Translations under genes and position numbers: made by a program | The notes under the pieces: generated by a model | What the model saw: only the letters and a program-made list of their open reading frames with translations | What the model was told of the DNA's origin: nothing | Database searches by the model: none | Assembly (NCBI GenBank): GCA_963762115.1 | Contig: CAVXJH010000003.1 | Coordinates: 399,493-463,492, forward strand | Direction: 5' to 3' | Source of the DNA: Candidatus Babeliales bacterium | Lineage (GTDB): Bacteria; Babelota; Babeliae; Babelales; JANWKD01 | Length of the DNA stretch: 64,000 nt | Shown here: positions 54,209 to 63,998 of the stretch, one piece after another | How positions within the stretch are numbered: position 1 is the first letter of the stretch | Layout: each line of letters starts with the position of its first letter

Positions 54209-55390
54209 TTAACAGATAACACGAACAACTTCTTCCAAGCTAATTATGCCGGCTTGTAGTTTTTCTCGTGCATCATGCAATAAAGGCTGCAAACCATCAG
54301 CAAGTGCCTGTTCTTGAATCGCCTCAAAAAGAGGATTGCGCACAATAAGTGTACGTAACGCGTTACTCATAATTAACAATTCAAAAATACCAATGCGCCC
54401 TTTATACCCAAGATTAAAACAGTGTGAACAGCCAAGACCTTTATAGAGTTTTTGCATATTCACCGCCAATCGTTCTAGTATTTTTAATTCTTGCTCATTT
54501 GGTTCTTGTTCAACACGACAATGTGTACAAATCTTGCGCACTAAACGTTGGGCAAGAACACCTGTCAATGAACTATTAATCAAGAATGGTTCAATGGCCA
54601 TATCCATTAAGCGCATAATGGTAGATGATGCATCATTGGTATGCAATGTGCTTAACACCAAGTGACCAGTTAGCGATGCTTCAATAGCAATACGCGCTGT
54701 TTGCTTATCACGAATTTCACCAATCATGGCAATATCAGGATCTTGTCGCAATAATGCGCGAATACCTCGTTCAAAAGTAAATCCTGCTTCAGGATGAATT
54801 TGGCCCTGCGTTATACCATCAATGTTATATTCAACAGGATCTTCTAGCGTGATAATATTTTTTTCAGCAGAATGTAATGCTGATAGCGTTGCATATAAGG
54901 TAGTCGTTTTTCCTGAACCGGTTGGCCCCGTTACTAAAAAAAATCCCTGCGCGCGAGCAATAAGATTTTTAAATTGTTCTAATATTTTTGGTTGTAACCC
55001 TAATTTTTCTAAAACAATAGTGTGATTTGTGCGATCCAAAATTCTAATAACTATTTTTTCGCCATAAATTGCAGGAAAGGTGGAAACGCGCAAATCAACC
55101 GATTTATCAGCAAGTTGTATGCGAAATTTTCCATCCTGAGGAATTCTTTTTTCTGCAATGTTGTTGTGAGCAAGAATCTTAATGCGCGAAATCACTTGTG
55201 CCGCACTCATTGCTTCTATCATGGGCTGATCATAAAGAGTACCATCAATGCGATAGCGAACCCTCAATCCCTTTTGCGTTGATTCTAAATGAATATCAGA
55301 TGCATCACGTTCAATTGCTAACGCAATAATATCATTAACACGATCAATAATTGATAAGGCAATAAAAGCTTGATTTTCGCGCTCCAACAT
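54209..55390 (-). CDS. GspE/PilB-family secretion/pilus ATPase lacking the N1 domain
   Basis: ASDIH, PQDG, TGPTGSGKTTT, EDPVE, LRQDPD, TGHLVLSTLH, tetra-Cys zinc site. Confidence 0.92.
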   Translation of the reverse strand: MLERENQAFIALSIIDRVNDIIALAIERDASDIHLESTQKGLRVRYRIDGTLYDQPMIEAMSAAQVISRIKILAHNNIAEKRIPQDGKFRIQLADKSVDLRVSTFPAIYGEKIVIRILDRTNHTIVLEKLGLQPKILEQFKNLIARAQGFFLVTGPTGSGKTTTLYATLSALHSAEKNIITLEDPVEYNIDGITQGQIHPEAGFTFERGIRALLRQDPDIAMIGEIRDKQTARIAIEASLTGHLVLSTLHTNDASSTIMRLMDMAIEPFLINSSLTGVLAQRLVRKICTHCRVEQEPNEQELKILERLAVNMQKLYKGLGCSHCFNLGYKGRIGIFELLIMSNALRTLIVRNPLFEAIQEQALADGLQPLLHDAREKLQAGIISLEEVVRVIC

Positions 55391-55398
55391 ACTCTTTT

Positions 55399-55950
55399 TT
55401 ACTCTTCTTCTTTATCAAGCTCTATTTCTTCTTGCGCCAGAGCTCGTGCTTCATCGCGCTCTTCTGCTTCAATATAATCAAAATCATCAGTCACTTGTAA
55501 AGAAGGATCATAAAATTCTTCTACCGTTTCTATAATATCTTCACCAATACCAACCATAAATTGAATATCGGACGACATATAATTACCAATATTAGGCAAC
55601 AATGAATCATCTTGCGGATCGGCAGCAACAACGACAAGCATGTTGTCATTCAATTCTTGCAAAGGAATAATTTCATTGCGAAGCAAAAAATCGCGAGGAA
55701 ATTTAATAACCAATGAATGATCAAAAAAATGACCTATCACATCAAATGATGGCACATTATAATAGGCACTTAATGCTTTTAATAAATCTTCTTTTTCAAC
55801 AAGTTCTTCCTGCAATAAAAAATTATCAAATTCATCTTCCGATTCTGCTTTAAATAATCTTTTTGCATCCTTTGATTCTTGAGGAGTAAAAACCTTATTT
55901 TTTTCTAAGATTGTACAAAGTCCGTCGACAAATTTATCGCCTTTTCTCAT
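55399..55950 (-). CDS. Stand-alone GspE/PilB N-terminal (T2SSE_N/MshEN-like) domain protein
   Basis: LLKALSAYYNVPSFD, FPRDFLLRNEIIPL, LVVVAADP. Confidence 0.75.
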   Translation of the reverse strand: MRKGDKFVDGLCTILEKNKVFTPQESKDAKRLFKAESEDEFDNFLLQEELVEKEDLLKALSAYYNVPSFDVIGHFFDHSLVIKFPRDFLLRNEIIPLQELNDNMLVVVAADPQDDSLLPNIGNYMSSDIQFMVGIGEDIIETVEEFYDPSLQVTDDFDYIEAEERDEARALAQEEIELDKEEE

Positions 55951-55959
55951 GCTATTTTC

Positions 55960-56352
55960 CTATCCAACTTTATAACCAATCAAGAAACCTACACTCGCGC
56001 TCAAAACAATCGGAATATTATTTTTCATCCAATCTAAATAGGCATTACCAACTGTTTGAAAAGTATCCGACTGCTGTATTCCTACCATTGTTTTCAATTT
56101 TATCATATCTATCGTTATTATTTGAAACGTATTAAGAGCATAAAGCGCTATACAAGAAATCACTATACTCAAAAATAAATAACGCATACACTTTTTGAAA
56201 AAAAAGCCAAAGAAAAAACCCGCACAAAGATATACCATTAAATTCATGACGCCGTTAAATGATAAATCAAATGATTTGATGAATTTTTCCAAATCAAAGG
56301 TAGATTTTATATGTTCAACCCAGCTTGTTTGCGCTTGTGTTTTGCTTAACAT
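55960..56352 (-). CDS. FUN14-like membrane protein
   Basis: GFFFGFFFKK, LYALNTFQIITIDM, GFLIGYK. Confidence 0.6.
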   Translation of the reverse strand: MLSKTQAQTSWVEHIKSTFDLEKFIKSFDLSFNGVMNLMVYLCAGFFFGFFFKKCMRYLFLSIVISCIALYALNTFQIITIDMIKLKTMVGIQQSDTFQTVGNAYLDWMKNNIPIVLSASVGFLIGYKVG

Positions 56353-56443
56353 CTGATGAAACCTTTATTGTTAAATAGGTATATTAATAATTCATTGTAA
56401 TGAGTATAGCCAGAGGGATACCAAAACGGCAAGAAATTTGCAC

Positions 56444-56490
56444 AAAAAAAAAGAGAAATATTTTTTTAGGATATTTCTCTTTTTTTATTT
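56444..56490 (-). terminator. Terminator downstream of hup
   Basis: aaaaaaagagaaatat...atatttctctttttt. Confidence 0.65.
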
Positions 56491-56504
56491 TTTTAAATTA
56501 CTAA

Positions 56505-56780
56505 TTACTTAGCAACCAAACCTTTTAAGGCCTTGCCTGGCTTAAATTTTGGAACTTTTTTAGCAGCAATTTGCATTTTTTTCCCGGTAGCAGGATTAAC
56601 GCCAACTCTTGCTTTTCTTTTCATAACAGAGAAGGTACCAAAACCAGTAAGAGCAACTTGTCTATTCTTTTTTAATTCTTCGCCAACAACATCGATAAAA
56701 GCTTCTAAACAGCGTTTTGTTACTGCTTTTGATTCTTTTGACATTTTTGCCATGCGCTCAACTAACATTGCTTTATTCAT
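56505..56780 (-). CDS. hup: DNA-binding protein HU
   Basis: MNKA, GFGTF, RKARVGVNPATG, PKFKPGK. Confidence 0.95.
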   Translation of the reverse strand: MNKAMLVERMAKMSKESKAVTKRCLEAFIDVVGEELKKNRQVALTGFGTFSVMKRKARVGVNPATGKKMQIAAKKVPKFKPGKALKGLVAK

Positions 56781-56896
56781 AAATCTTCCTTTATCTGATC
56801 AGCTATTATTACATCAAGTAAACAAGACTAAATTACCTACAAGTACATTAGTATAGGAGAAATATGTTTGTCAAGTTTTACTTGATACAAAAGACT

Positions 56897-56982
56897 TGGT
56901 GCCGAGAGCCGGACTCGAACCGACACGGAGAAACCTCCGAAGGATTTTAAGTCCTTTGCGTCTACCATTCCGCCACCTCGGC
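56897..56982 (-). tRNA. tRNA-Leu(TAA)
   Basis: GCCGAGGTGGCGGAATGGTAGACGC...CTTAAAA, long variable arm, CCA. Confidence 0.95.
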
Positions 56983-57017
56983 AAGCAATTTTTTCAATTT
57001 TTTAAATTTTCAATTTC

Positions 57018-57091
57018 TGGAGGCGGCACCCGGATTTGAACCGGGGATCAGGGTTTTGCAGACCCTTGCCTTACCCCTTGGCTATGCCGCC
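57018..57091 (-). tRNA. tRNA-Cys(GCA)
   Basis: GGCGGCATAGCCAAGGGGTAAGGC...CTGCAAA...CCA. Confidence 0.95.
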
Positions 57092-57119
57092 CTCTTTTTT
57101 TATTGATAATATAACAGTT

Positions 57120-57641
57120 TTATCCTTTAACCGCAAATTCTTCTAACTTTTTCTTTAATTCTTCTACAGAAATAGTTACTACGGCAGGTTCTCCATCATT
57201 TTTTTGTTCTGTCATACCAGGTGATTTTTCAAAATCTTTTAAATAAATTTCTTTGCAAGGACCTTCAACGGCAATACCCACGTGCATCGCTTCTGCCGTA
57301 CCACCTTCATAAGCAAATACATTTTTGAAGCCTAATGTATGCAACATCTGCCATCCTGCAGCGCTTGCGGTACATTTATAATTTGTACAATGTATTACAA
57401 TTTCAGTTGCATCTTTATCCCAATGAGATTGCGCATATGATTCAAGATTCTCAAATGGTATGTTGATTGAACCTTTTATATGACAATCATCATAAAATTC
57501 TTTATCTAATACGTTCACAAGAACGAATGCTGGCTTAACAGCTTCTTGAGTTTCTTTTTGTTCAAATAAGCGGCATGATGACACTAATGCAAGAGTACCA
57601 CAAACAATGCTCAATATTTGTATGTTTTTTATAAAATTCAT
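57120..57641 (-). CDS. Rhodanese-like domain lipoprotein
   Basis: Lipobox VSSC; HIKGSINIP, HCTNYKC, YEGG. Confidence 0.8.
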   Translation of the reverse strand: MNFIKNIQILSIVCGTLALVSSCRLFEQKETQEAVKPAFVLVNVLDKEFYDDCHIKGSINIPFENLESYAQSHWDKDATEIVIHCTNYKCTASAAGWQMLHTLGFKNVFAYEGGTAEAMHVGIAVEGPCKEIYLKDFEKSPGMTEQKNDGEPAVVTISVEELKKKLEEFAVKG

Positions 57642-57734
57642 TTTTTCCTTTCATTGTAGTTGTAACAATTTTTTATATTTCGATCTTCTAGATAAACGTT
57701 ATTTTTTCGTCTTAACCTCCATTTTTACTATTAT

Positions 57735-58208
57735 CTACTGTTTCGGATTACTCTTTTCTAAAATTTGATTAATAAATAGAAAATAAGTATGAACTTCGCC
57801 TATTATAATTTGAGCAATTTCTTCTCGATAAATATGTGATGTCAAATTTCTTTGCTCAATCATTTCTTGCGCTAGGTCACTTTCTTTTTCATTCAATAAA
57901 CCTATTTTAGCACACATTCTCATAATATTTTTAGGGCTACTAACATCAATACTTACACCTTGTATTTCTTCAAGATATACTTTGAGATATTTCCAAAGCA
58001 AATCAACAGAATATTCAAATCGTTGAATGACTGAATCTCGCAACCCTAAAACTACCTTATGCATATTAAGCTCAAGAAAATTACTTCCCGATAATTCCTG
58101 TTCTTTTTGAAGCAACAATATTTTATCAAATAAATCTATAGCTTCTTTAAAACTATTCACCGCTTGCATCAAGGTTTCATACTTTAATATTACTTTTTCT
58201 CGCTCCAT
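57735..58208 (-). CDS. HEPN-domain protein (HI0074 family), putative RNase toxin
   Basis: IQRFEYS..LLWK, RNLTSHIY (RX4H). Confidence 0.88.
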   Translation of the reverse strand: MEREKVILKYETLMQAVNSFKEAIDLFDKILLLQKEQELSGSNFLELNMHKVVLGLRDSVIQRFEYSVDLLWKYLKVYLEEIQGVSIDVSSPKNIMRMCAKIGLLNEKESDLAQEMIEQRNLTSHIYREEIAQIIIGEVHTYFLFINQILEKSNPKQ

Positions 58209-58477
58209 ATTATTCCATCTTTCTTTATCTGAATCTTCATTTTTTCTGATACCGCATGCAAATCAACAACATCAACAAATACTGGCAATAAAGAATCTTC
58301 CAAATCACTCATAATCAATAATATTTTCTTATGATCAATTTTGACAAGATCATCAAGAGCAATATCAAAATCAGCACCCTCTCGATTAGTTTTTCGAGCA
58401 CGAGAACCAAATAAATAAATTTTACATGTTGGAATATGCTTATGAACAATATCAATTATTATTTTTTTATAATCCAT
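58190..58477 (-). CDS. Minimal nucleotidyltransferase (MNT) antitoxin
   Basis: YLFGSRAR...DFDIA, VDVVD; overlaps the HEPN gene. Confidence 0.9.
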   Translation of the reverse strand: MDYKKIIIDIVHKHIPTCKIYLFGSRARKTNREGADFDIALDDLVKIDHKKILLIMSDLEDSLLPVFVDVVDLHAVSEKMKIQIKKDGIIWSEKK

Positions 58478-58483
58478 ACTAAT

Positions 58484-59356
58484 TTAATAAACCCATTGAA
58501 AAAACCTACTCCAACGAACACGTTGCCAAAAATCAATTGGATGTTTGATTAAATCAAGAATCCACCATGATTCATGGCTATCAATTGACCACAAGCGCAC
58601 AATAATTTTGCCATGAATCAATTTACCGTCAAGTGGTCCCCAAAAACGCGAATCATAGCTTCCCAACCGATTATCACCCATCGCCCAATATTGATTTGAA
58701 TCCAACGTGATATCAAAAATATCAACATTCCTACCATATTGATCAAAGGAGGGAGTTTGAGGTAACCGTAACCAATCTTGATCATATGTCTTTGACCAAC
58801 GCTTCCCAAGCTCAACGTCATACTCATCCATTCGATAAAAAGGCTGATCATTAAATGAAAAATTTTCATCGTAGGAAGAATGCAATAGGCATTTATTATT
58901 ATAAACAGCAATAAGAGGATATTTATTTAAATAAGGTTCATCTAATTTTTCCCCATTACGATAAATAACCGGCTTTCCATCTTCAATTACTCCTTTAATA
59001 TGATCACCAGGAAGACCAATCACTCGTTTAGTCCAATTAGAAGGTCCCCAAACATAACGTTGAAAAACGTCCGTAAAATAGTTATGAGAATAATTAAAAT
59101 TGGGATCATTAAAAGTAATAATATCGCCATACTTGATTGGTCGAAATAAATATGAAAATTTATCAGCAAAAAAACGTTCACCAACTAACATGGTTGTTTC
59201 CATTGAACCCGTTGGCACTTGATACAGACCATAAAAATAAGTGCGAATAAAAAAGGCAATTGGCACAATAATAAGAAAAGATTCTATATATTGAGCAATT
59301 TTTGATTTATGAGGACGTTTAAGCCAAACACGAAACTTATTAATAAATTCTAACAT
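58484..59356 (-). CDS. lepB: Signal peptidase I (paralog 2)
   Basis: VPTGSM (Ser), TKRVIGLPGD (Lys), MGDNR..SYDSRFWG. Confidence 0.93.
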   Translation of the reverse strand: MLEFINKFRVWLKRPHKSKIAQYIESFLIIVPIAFFIRTYFYGLYQVPTGSMETTMLVGERFFADKFSYLFRPIKYGDIITFNDPNFNYSHNYFTDVFQRYVWGPSNWTKRVIGLPGDHIKGVIEDGKPVIYRNGEKLDEPYLNKYPLIAVYNNKCLLHSSYDENFSFNDQPFYRMDEYDVELGKRWSKTYDQDWLRLPQTPSFDQYGRNVDIFDITLDSNQYWAMGDNRLGSYDSRFWGPLDGKLIHGKIIVRLWSIDSHESWWILDLIKHPIDFWQRVRWSRFFQWVY

Positions 59357-59379
59357 TGTTTTCTTTCGTTATATATGAT

Positions 59380-60252
59380 TCAAGATACTCTTTGAAGAAA
59401 CCGATTCCATCGAATACGTTTCCAAAAATCAAGGGGATGTTTGATCAAATCAAAAATAAGCCATGATTCATTGCTATCAATTGACCATATTCTAAAGACA
59501 ATCTTTCCATGTATCAATTTACCATCAAATGGACCAAGAAATCGTGAATCTTTGCTTCCCAGTCGATTATCACCCATACACCAATATTGATTTGGCGCCA
59601 AGTGAACATCAAAAATATCAACATTTCTTCCATAGTGATCAAACGAAGGCGTTCCCGGCATTAATAACCATTCTTGGCCATACATATCTGACCAACGTTT
59701 TCCTAATTCCGCCTCATAGTCATTAAAACTATAAAATGGTTGATCACTATATGAATAAGCTGGGTCATAAGAACGTGGCGCTTGGATGCGATTATTTTTA
59801 TATAACGTAATAAGAGGAAATTTGTTTAAATATGGTTCATCTAATTTTACATCATTGCGATATACAACCGGTTTTCCATCTTCAATAACGCCTCTAATAT
59901 GATCACCTGGAATACCAATAACACGCTTTGTCCAATTAGTAGGACCCCATACATAGCGCTGAAACAAATCAACCCAATAATTATCAGAATATATAAAAGT
60001 AGGATCATTAAGAGCAATAATATCGCCATGCTTTATTGGTATAAATAAGGGCGTAAATTTATCTGAAAAAAAACCCTCCCCAACCAATATCGTTGTTTCC
60101 ATTGAACCCGTCGGTACTTTATAAAGTCCATAACCAACCGTTCTAATAAGAAATGCAATCGGCAAAATAATAATGAAGGTTTCAAGATATTCTGCAACGA
60201 TAGATTTATTCGGTCGTTTTCGCCATTGATGAAATTTTTGAACGAGTGTCAT
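59380..60252 (-). CDS. lepB: Signal peptidase I (paralog 1)
   Basis: VPTGSM, TKRVIGIPGD, MGDNR..SKDSRFLG. Confidence 0.93.
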   Translation of the reverse strand: MTLVQKFHQWRKRPNKSIVAEYLETFIIILPIAFLIRTVGYGLYKVPTGSMETTILVGEGFFSDKFTPLFIPIKHGDIIALNDPTFIYSDNYWVDLFQRYVWGPTNWTKRVIGIPGDHIRGVIEDGKPVVYRNDVKLDEPYLNKFPLITLYKNNRIQAPRSYDPAYSYSDQPFYSFNDYEAELGKRWSDMYGQEWLLMPGTPSFDHYGRNVDIFDVHLAPNQYWCMGDNRLGSKDSRFLGPFDGKLIHGKIVFRIWSIDSNESWLIFDLIKHPLDFWKRIRWNRFLQRVS

Positions 60253-60302
60253 TATCGCTGATCTTTCGATTTAAATGTTATTTCAAAAAATAATCTGTTA
60301 TT

Positions 60303-61007
60303 TTATCTACTTAAATTTCGTAAAGGATTAATACGCTTACCATCTTCAATTACTTCAAAATGTAAATGCCATGCTTTTTTACCATGCACATACCCCGTGT
60401 CTCCAACATGACCAATTAATTGACCAGCATTAACATAATGCCCTTTGCTGACTAACATGGAATCCAAATGCGCATAACGCGTTCTAAAATGTTCATTGTG
60501 GGCAATCACGAGCGAATTCCCATAACCTTTTGGTGTATAAGAAGACTCAATAACAATTCCTTTTGCTGCCGCATAGACCGCCGTACCTTTTAATGCTGCC
60601 ATATCAATACCATGATGAAATCCCCATGCTTTATCATTCTTTTTCTTTCGAGGACCAAATTTTGAGCTTAACCAAAACTGTGATCTATCAATCGGCCATT
60701 GTAAAGTAAAATTTCGATATTGCGTTAAACTATAATGCTGTTGCGTTGTATGATTACGCGAACGCACACGTCGATTTTTATTGTGCCCTTGCTTAATCGA
60801 ACGAGCAAATGATACTTGTGAAGCTATTGCTTGCCCATCGTAACTATCATATACATCAGACAATAGAGATTCAAGATTATTTGCTTTACCAAATGACAAA
60901 GCTGAATCGCGTAAATACAAAGTATCACGATTCACCACATTAAATTGAGTCTTCAACGATTCATCATTATCGAGTATATCAACAGAAGAAGAAATATTAT
61001 CTAATAA
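60303..61007 (-). CDS. M23 family metallopeptidase (C-terminal part; frame open up to the A11 tract)
   Basis: HHGID, GYGN, YAHL, HLHFEV; no stop between 61007 and 60956. Confidence 0.85.
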   Translation of the reverse strand, partial: LLDNISSSVDILDNDESLKTQFNVVNRDTLYLRDSALSFGKANNLESLLSDVYDSYDGQAIASQVSFARSIKQGHNKNRRVRSRNHTTQQHYSLTQYRNFTLQWPIDRSQFWLSSKFGPRKKKNDKAWGFHHGIDMAALKGTAVYAAAKGIVIESSYTPKGYGNSLVIAHNEHFRTRYAHLDSMLVSKGHYVNAGQLIGHVGDTGYVHGKKAWHLHFEVIEDGKRINPLRNLSR

Positions 61008-61234
61008 TTTTTTTTTTTATGTATACTGCAAGCCTCTTTATATGCTTGAATATACATTTGATATTCATCTTGCAAAATCACCATTCGCCGAGATTGCTCT
61101 CTAAAAAACTGATATTCTGCAATCAACAAACCGGTTGTAATAAGCATTAAGACACATAATAGAGTAAAAAATAATGTACCTAATGCACTAAAAGTATGCT
61201 TAATCGTTTTATTCCTATTGTTAACAACTAACAT
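61001..61234 (-). CDS. TM + coiled-coil ORF, probable N-terminal half of the M23 peptidase (-1 frameshift)
   Basis: Ends just after an A11 run where the -1 frame continues into the M23 ORF. Confidence 0.65.
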   Translation of the reverse strand: MLVVNNRNKTIKHTFSALGTLFFTLLCVLMLITTGLLIAEYQFFREQSRRMVILQDEYQMYIQAYKEACSIHKKKNY

Positions 61235-61934
61235 ATTCTAAAGCGTCAGTCTTAAGCCAGCCTGATTGATGATCACGGCTTACTTTGCACCATGCACCTC
61301 GCTTTTCATGTATTACGACTTCTTGTCCTCTTGCTATCTTTCCTCGTTTACTAAATTGCTCATCAGTACCAACAAACAATAACGCTTCTTCATTTTTTAT
61401 GATTCCACGCTCCTTAGAAAGCAAAAAAACTTTTAAGGTGAGCCCAGAACTTATAACGCCCTGAGGCAGCAAGAGAAATAAGAGCCAAATTTTTTTACGC
61501 AAAGATCTAACCCAACATAATCCAAATAAAAGTATATACCAAGATAACAAAAACAAAAACTGCCATAATCCAATTGAATATGACTGTACCCAATTTTCAC
61601 ACGCGTTTAAAATTTTATTTTTATGTGTTGCTTCGATCCGTAATTTCTCGGCTGCTTTTTGGCAATTGTGCTCAATGGGTAATCCTACACAGCCCCTATT
61701 CTCAGCTTTTCGCCAATAAATAAGCGCTGAAACATAATCTCCTATACGATACCAACAATTACCCATATTATATAAAACAATACCACTTTTCGGTTCAATT
61801 TTTTCATATAAATGTAATGCTTGTTTATATTCTTTTTGCTGATATGCAGCATTTGCTTGCAAAAAGAATTCTTCATAATTAGCAGAACAAAAAAAAGGAA
61901 TCAAAACAAAAAAAATTATATTCAACATCATCAT
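61221..61934 (-). CDS. BatE-like TPR + TM + SH3 protein
   Basis: ANAAYQQKEYKQA, YNMGNCWY, C-terminal WCKV...SGWL. Confidence 0.8.
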   Translation of the reverse strand: MMMLNIIFFVLIPFFCSANYEEFFLQANAAYQQKEYKQALHLYEKIEPKSGIVLYNMGNCWYRIGDYVSALIYWRKAENRGCVGLPIEHNCQKAAEKLRIEATHKNKILNACENWVQSYSIGLWQFLFLLSWYILLFGLCWVRSLRKKIWLLFLLLPQGVISSGLTLKVFLLSKERGIIKNEEALLFVGTDEQFSKRGKIARGQEVVIHEKRGAWCKVSRDHQSGWLKTDALEYVSC

Positions 61935-63643
61935 AATTTTTCTTCCAGTTGCTTAAGCCAAATTTCAGCTCGTTTAACTAATTCTGCATCTATTTTTGTT
62001 TTATTTTTTGGCATAAAAGCAGCCTCTTCAAGCTTATGAAAAAAGCGACGCCATTGTTCAATTACATCATGAGAAAATCCTACGTGGTTCAATTTCGCTT
62101 CGATAACCTCGGCAGTAAGATCTGATAAAGATAGTTGCAACCGGTCAGCAAATAAATTCATAAAAATGTCATAGAGCGAAAACGATATCATAGTTGTTTT
62201 GTTATTATTTTTGAGCTGCTTTTTGGCATGCTTAAAGGCATATTTTTTCGTTAAATACTGTTTATGAATGTTTCTGTATTCAGAGATATACATTCCTGCA
62301 AAATAATAGCAACAATACAAAAGTGGTAACAACGTTGCTAGTAAAAACCAAAACCATGATAACGATCGTTCTTTTTTTAATAACCAAGATCCAGTTACCT
62401 GTAAAGGAAAAATATCATCCTCATCAAAATCAATTACAACAGGTCCATCTGGTTTTATTATTTGCTCATTTTTAATCAATTGATTAGGCGTAATGATAAT
62501 TGGTAAGGGCTTCGTTTTTAACATCTCAAATACTTTTGTTTCTGTATTAAAAAAAGTAAATACCTGCTCAGGAATCTCATAAGAACCCGGTTTCATCCCC
62601 TGCACAATATATTCAAAAGATTTTTTATAATGAGCCACACCATTTTGATGATTAATCATTTTTGACTCATAATATTTTAAACCATCTTGAATAACTAAAT
62701 GGGGTGCTTTAATTTCATCTAAATTAGTTTTACCTTCCAGCATTAATGTCAACACCATTCCTTCACCCACATGAGCTTTTTGTTGATTAAGAGTTGCACT
62801 AAAATGGGAAAAAACACCAATGGCATCAAGAATGCCAGCATGATAGGGCAAAGGATCAATAACGAGAGAGAGATCATTAGAAAAATAATTTTGTGGCGGT
62901 GAACCAGCACCCAATCGATGCAGCATCGCGCTAAAAAAGTCTTGCGATCGTTCTTGCTTATTAAGCAATTTACACTGCGCCCTGAATGGTGGAATGATAA
63001 GCGTACCTACTTTATTCAATGTTAACTCCGCATGCCACTCTGCATATTCATACATAACGTTGTCAATGGTGACCGTTCCCCGGTCAATCTGCTTTAATTC
63101 ACTTAAACTACCCATTGATGGATCTAATTTAGGTTGTTCGATAGACATAAGTTCAGTTGGCACGCGCGTATTTAACCGAACACGCACAACGATTTTTTCA
63201 CCAATAACCGCTCGATCAACACTAGTCGATAACTGCACAATAACATCCTGCTGTTGTTCTTGCACAACCGAAAAGGAAAGAACATTTGACTTACGAGTAG
63301 TTCTTCTTTCACCAATCATATGCGCTGGCCCAATAACATAGGTACCTATCGTATCAGCTCTAATTACATACGTATGTTGTGTCGTAACTTTCGACATCAT
63401 AGTAAGGCGACTTGCTCCGCGAAATTCATGATGCAACGCATTAAGACCTGGTATAACAAGCTTGTGCAAATCCTGATTACCATCAGCTTTTATTTCTAGC
63501 AAATAAGAAACACCGCGCATTAACTCTTGCACCGAATGTCCGTTCATATCCGTAACATTCAGCGTTAATACATCGGTGCGAGCAAATACATTTGCAAAAA
63601 AAACCGTTATTAAAAAAAATATTTTACCAATTTTTTTGACCAT
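61931..63643 (-). CDS. BatD-like oxygen-tolerance (Bat operon) protein
   Basis: Signal from ATG 63643; GTYVIGPA, AIGVF, PGSYEIP..FTFFN, C-terminal TM. Confidence 0.8.
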   Translation of the reverse strand: MVKKIGKIFFLITVFFANVFARTDVLTLNVTDMNGHSVQELMRGVSYLLEIKADGNQDLHKLVIPGLNALHHEFRGASRLTMMSKVTTQHTYVIRADTIGTYVIGPAHMIGERRTTRKSNVLSFSVVQEQQQDVIVQLSTSVDRAVIGEKIVVRVRLNTRVPTELMSIEQPKLDPSMGSLSELKQIDRGTVTIDNVMYEYAEWHAELTLNKVGTLIIPPFRAQCKLLNKQERSQDFFSAMLHRLGAGSPPQNYFSNDLSLVIDPLPYHAGILDAIGVFSHFSATLNQQKAHVGEGMVLTLMLEGKTNLDEIKAPHLVIQDGLKYYESKMINHQNGVAHYKKSFEYIVQGMKPGSYEIPEQVFTFFNTETKVFEMLKTKPLPIIITPNQLIKNEQIIKPDGPVVIDFDEDDIFPLQVTGSWLLKKERSLSWFWFLLATLLPLLYCCYYFAGMYISEYRNIHKQYLTKKYAFKHAKKQLKNNNKTTMISFSLYDIFMNLFADRLQLSLSDLTAEVIEAKLNHVGFSHDVIEQWRRFFHKLEEAAFMPKNKTKIDAELVKRAEIWLKQLEEKL

Positions 63644-63998
63644 GGCGACTCGGCATCTGTTGTTGAATTTGTCTTTTAAACAATGCTTTCGACATCTGTG
63701 CATCATGCTGCTCAACTAATTGTAGTAACATTGTTTCTTTATCAGTAGGTTCTTGTGAAACCTGTTTATCATTTGTACCATCATTTTTTGCCTCTTGCAA
63801 TGCTTCTTGCGCGTGGTTTTGAGATGCTTGATTTTGACATGCAGCTTGCTCGTCTTGTTTTTCTTGAGCCGATTGTTGATCTTGCGATTGCGCTGATGAT
63901 CGATCATCAGAAGCATTTTTTTGATTTTCAAAATTATTTTTTTTGTTTTGAGCATCATTACTTGCATCAGATTTCTCTTCTTTATCTTGCTCATCACG
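63624..63998 (-). CDS. BatC-like protein C-terminus (5'-truncated)
   Basis: Q/D/E-rich linker then LLQLVEQHD...HGQKNW*, typical BatC ending; different frame from ORF-track 63716..63997. Confidence 0.7.
   Translation of the reverse strand, partial: RDEQDKEEKSDASNDAQNKKNNFENQKNASDDRSSAQSQDQQSAQEKQDEQAACQNQASQNHAQEALQEAKNDGTNDKQVSQEPTDKETMLLQLVEQHDAQMSKALFKRQIQQQMPSRHGQKNW

Noticed and set aside
63716-63997. 93-aa ORF-track call
   Set aside because: Wrong frame; the BatC-like frame (63624-63998) explains the region
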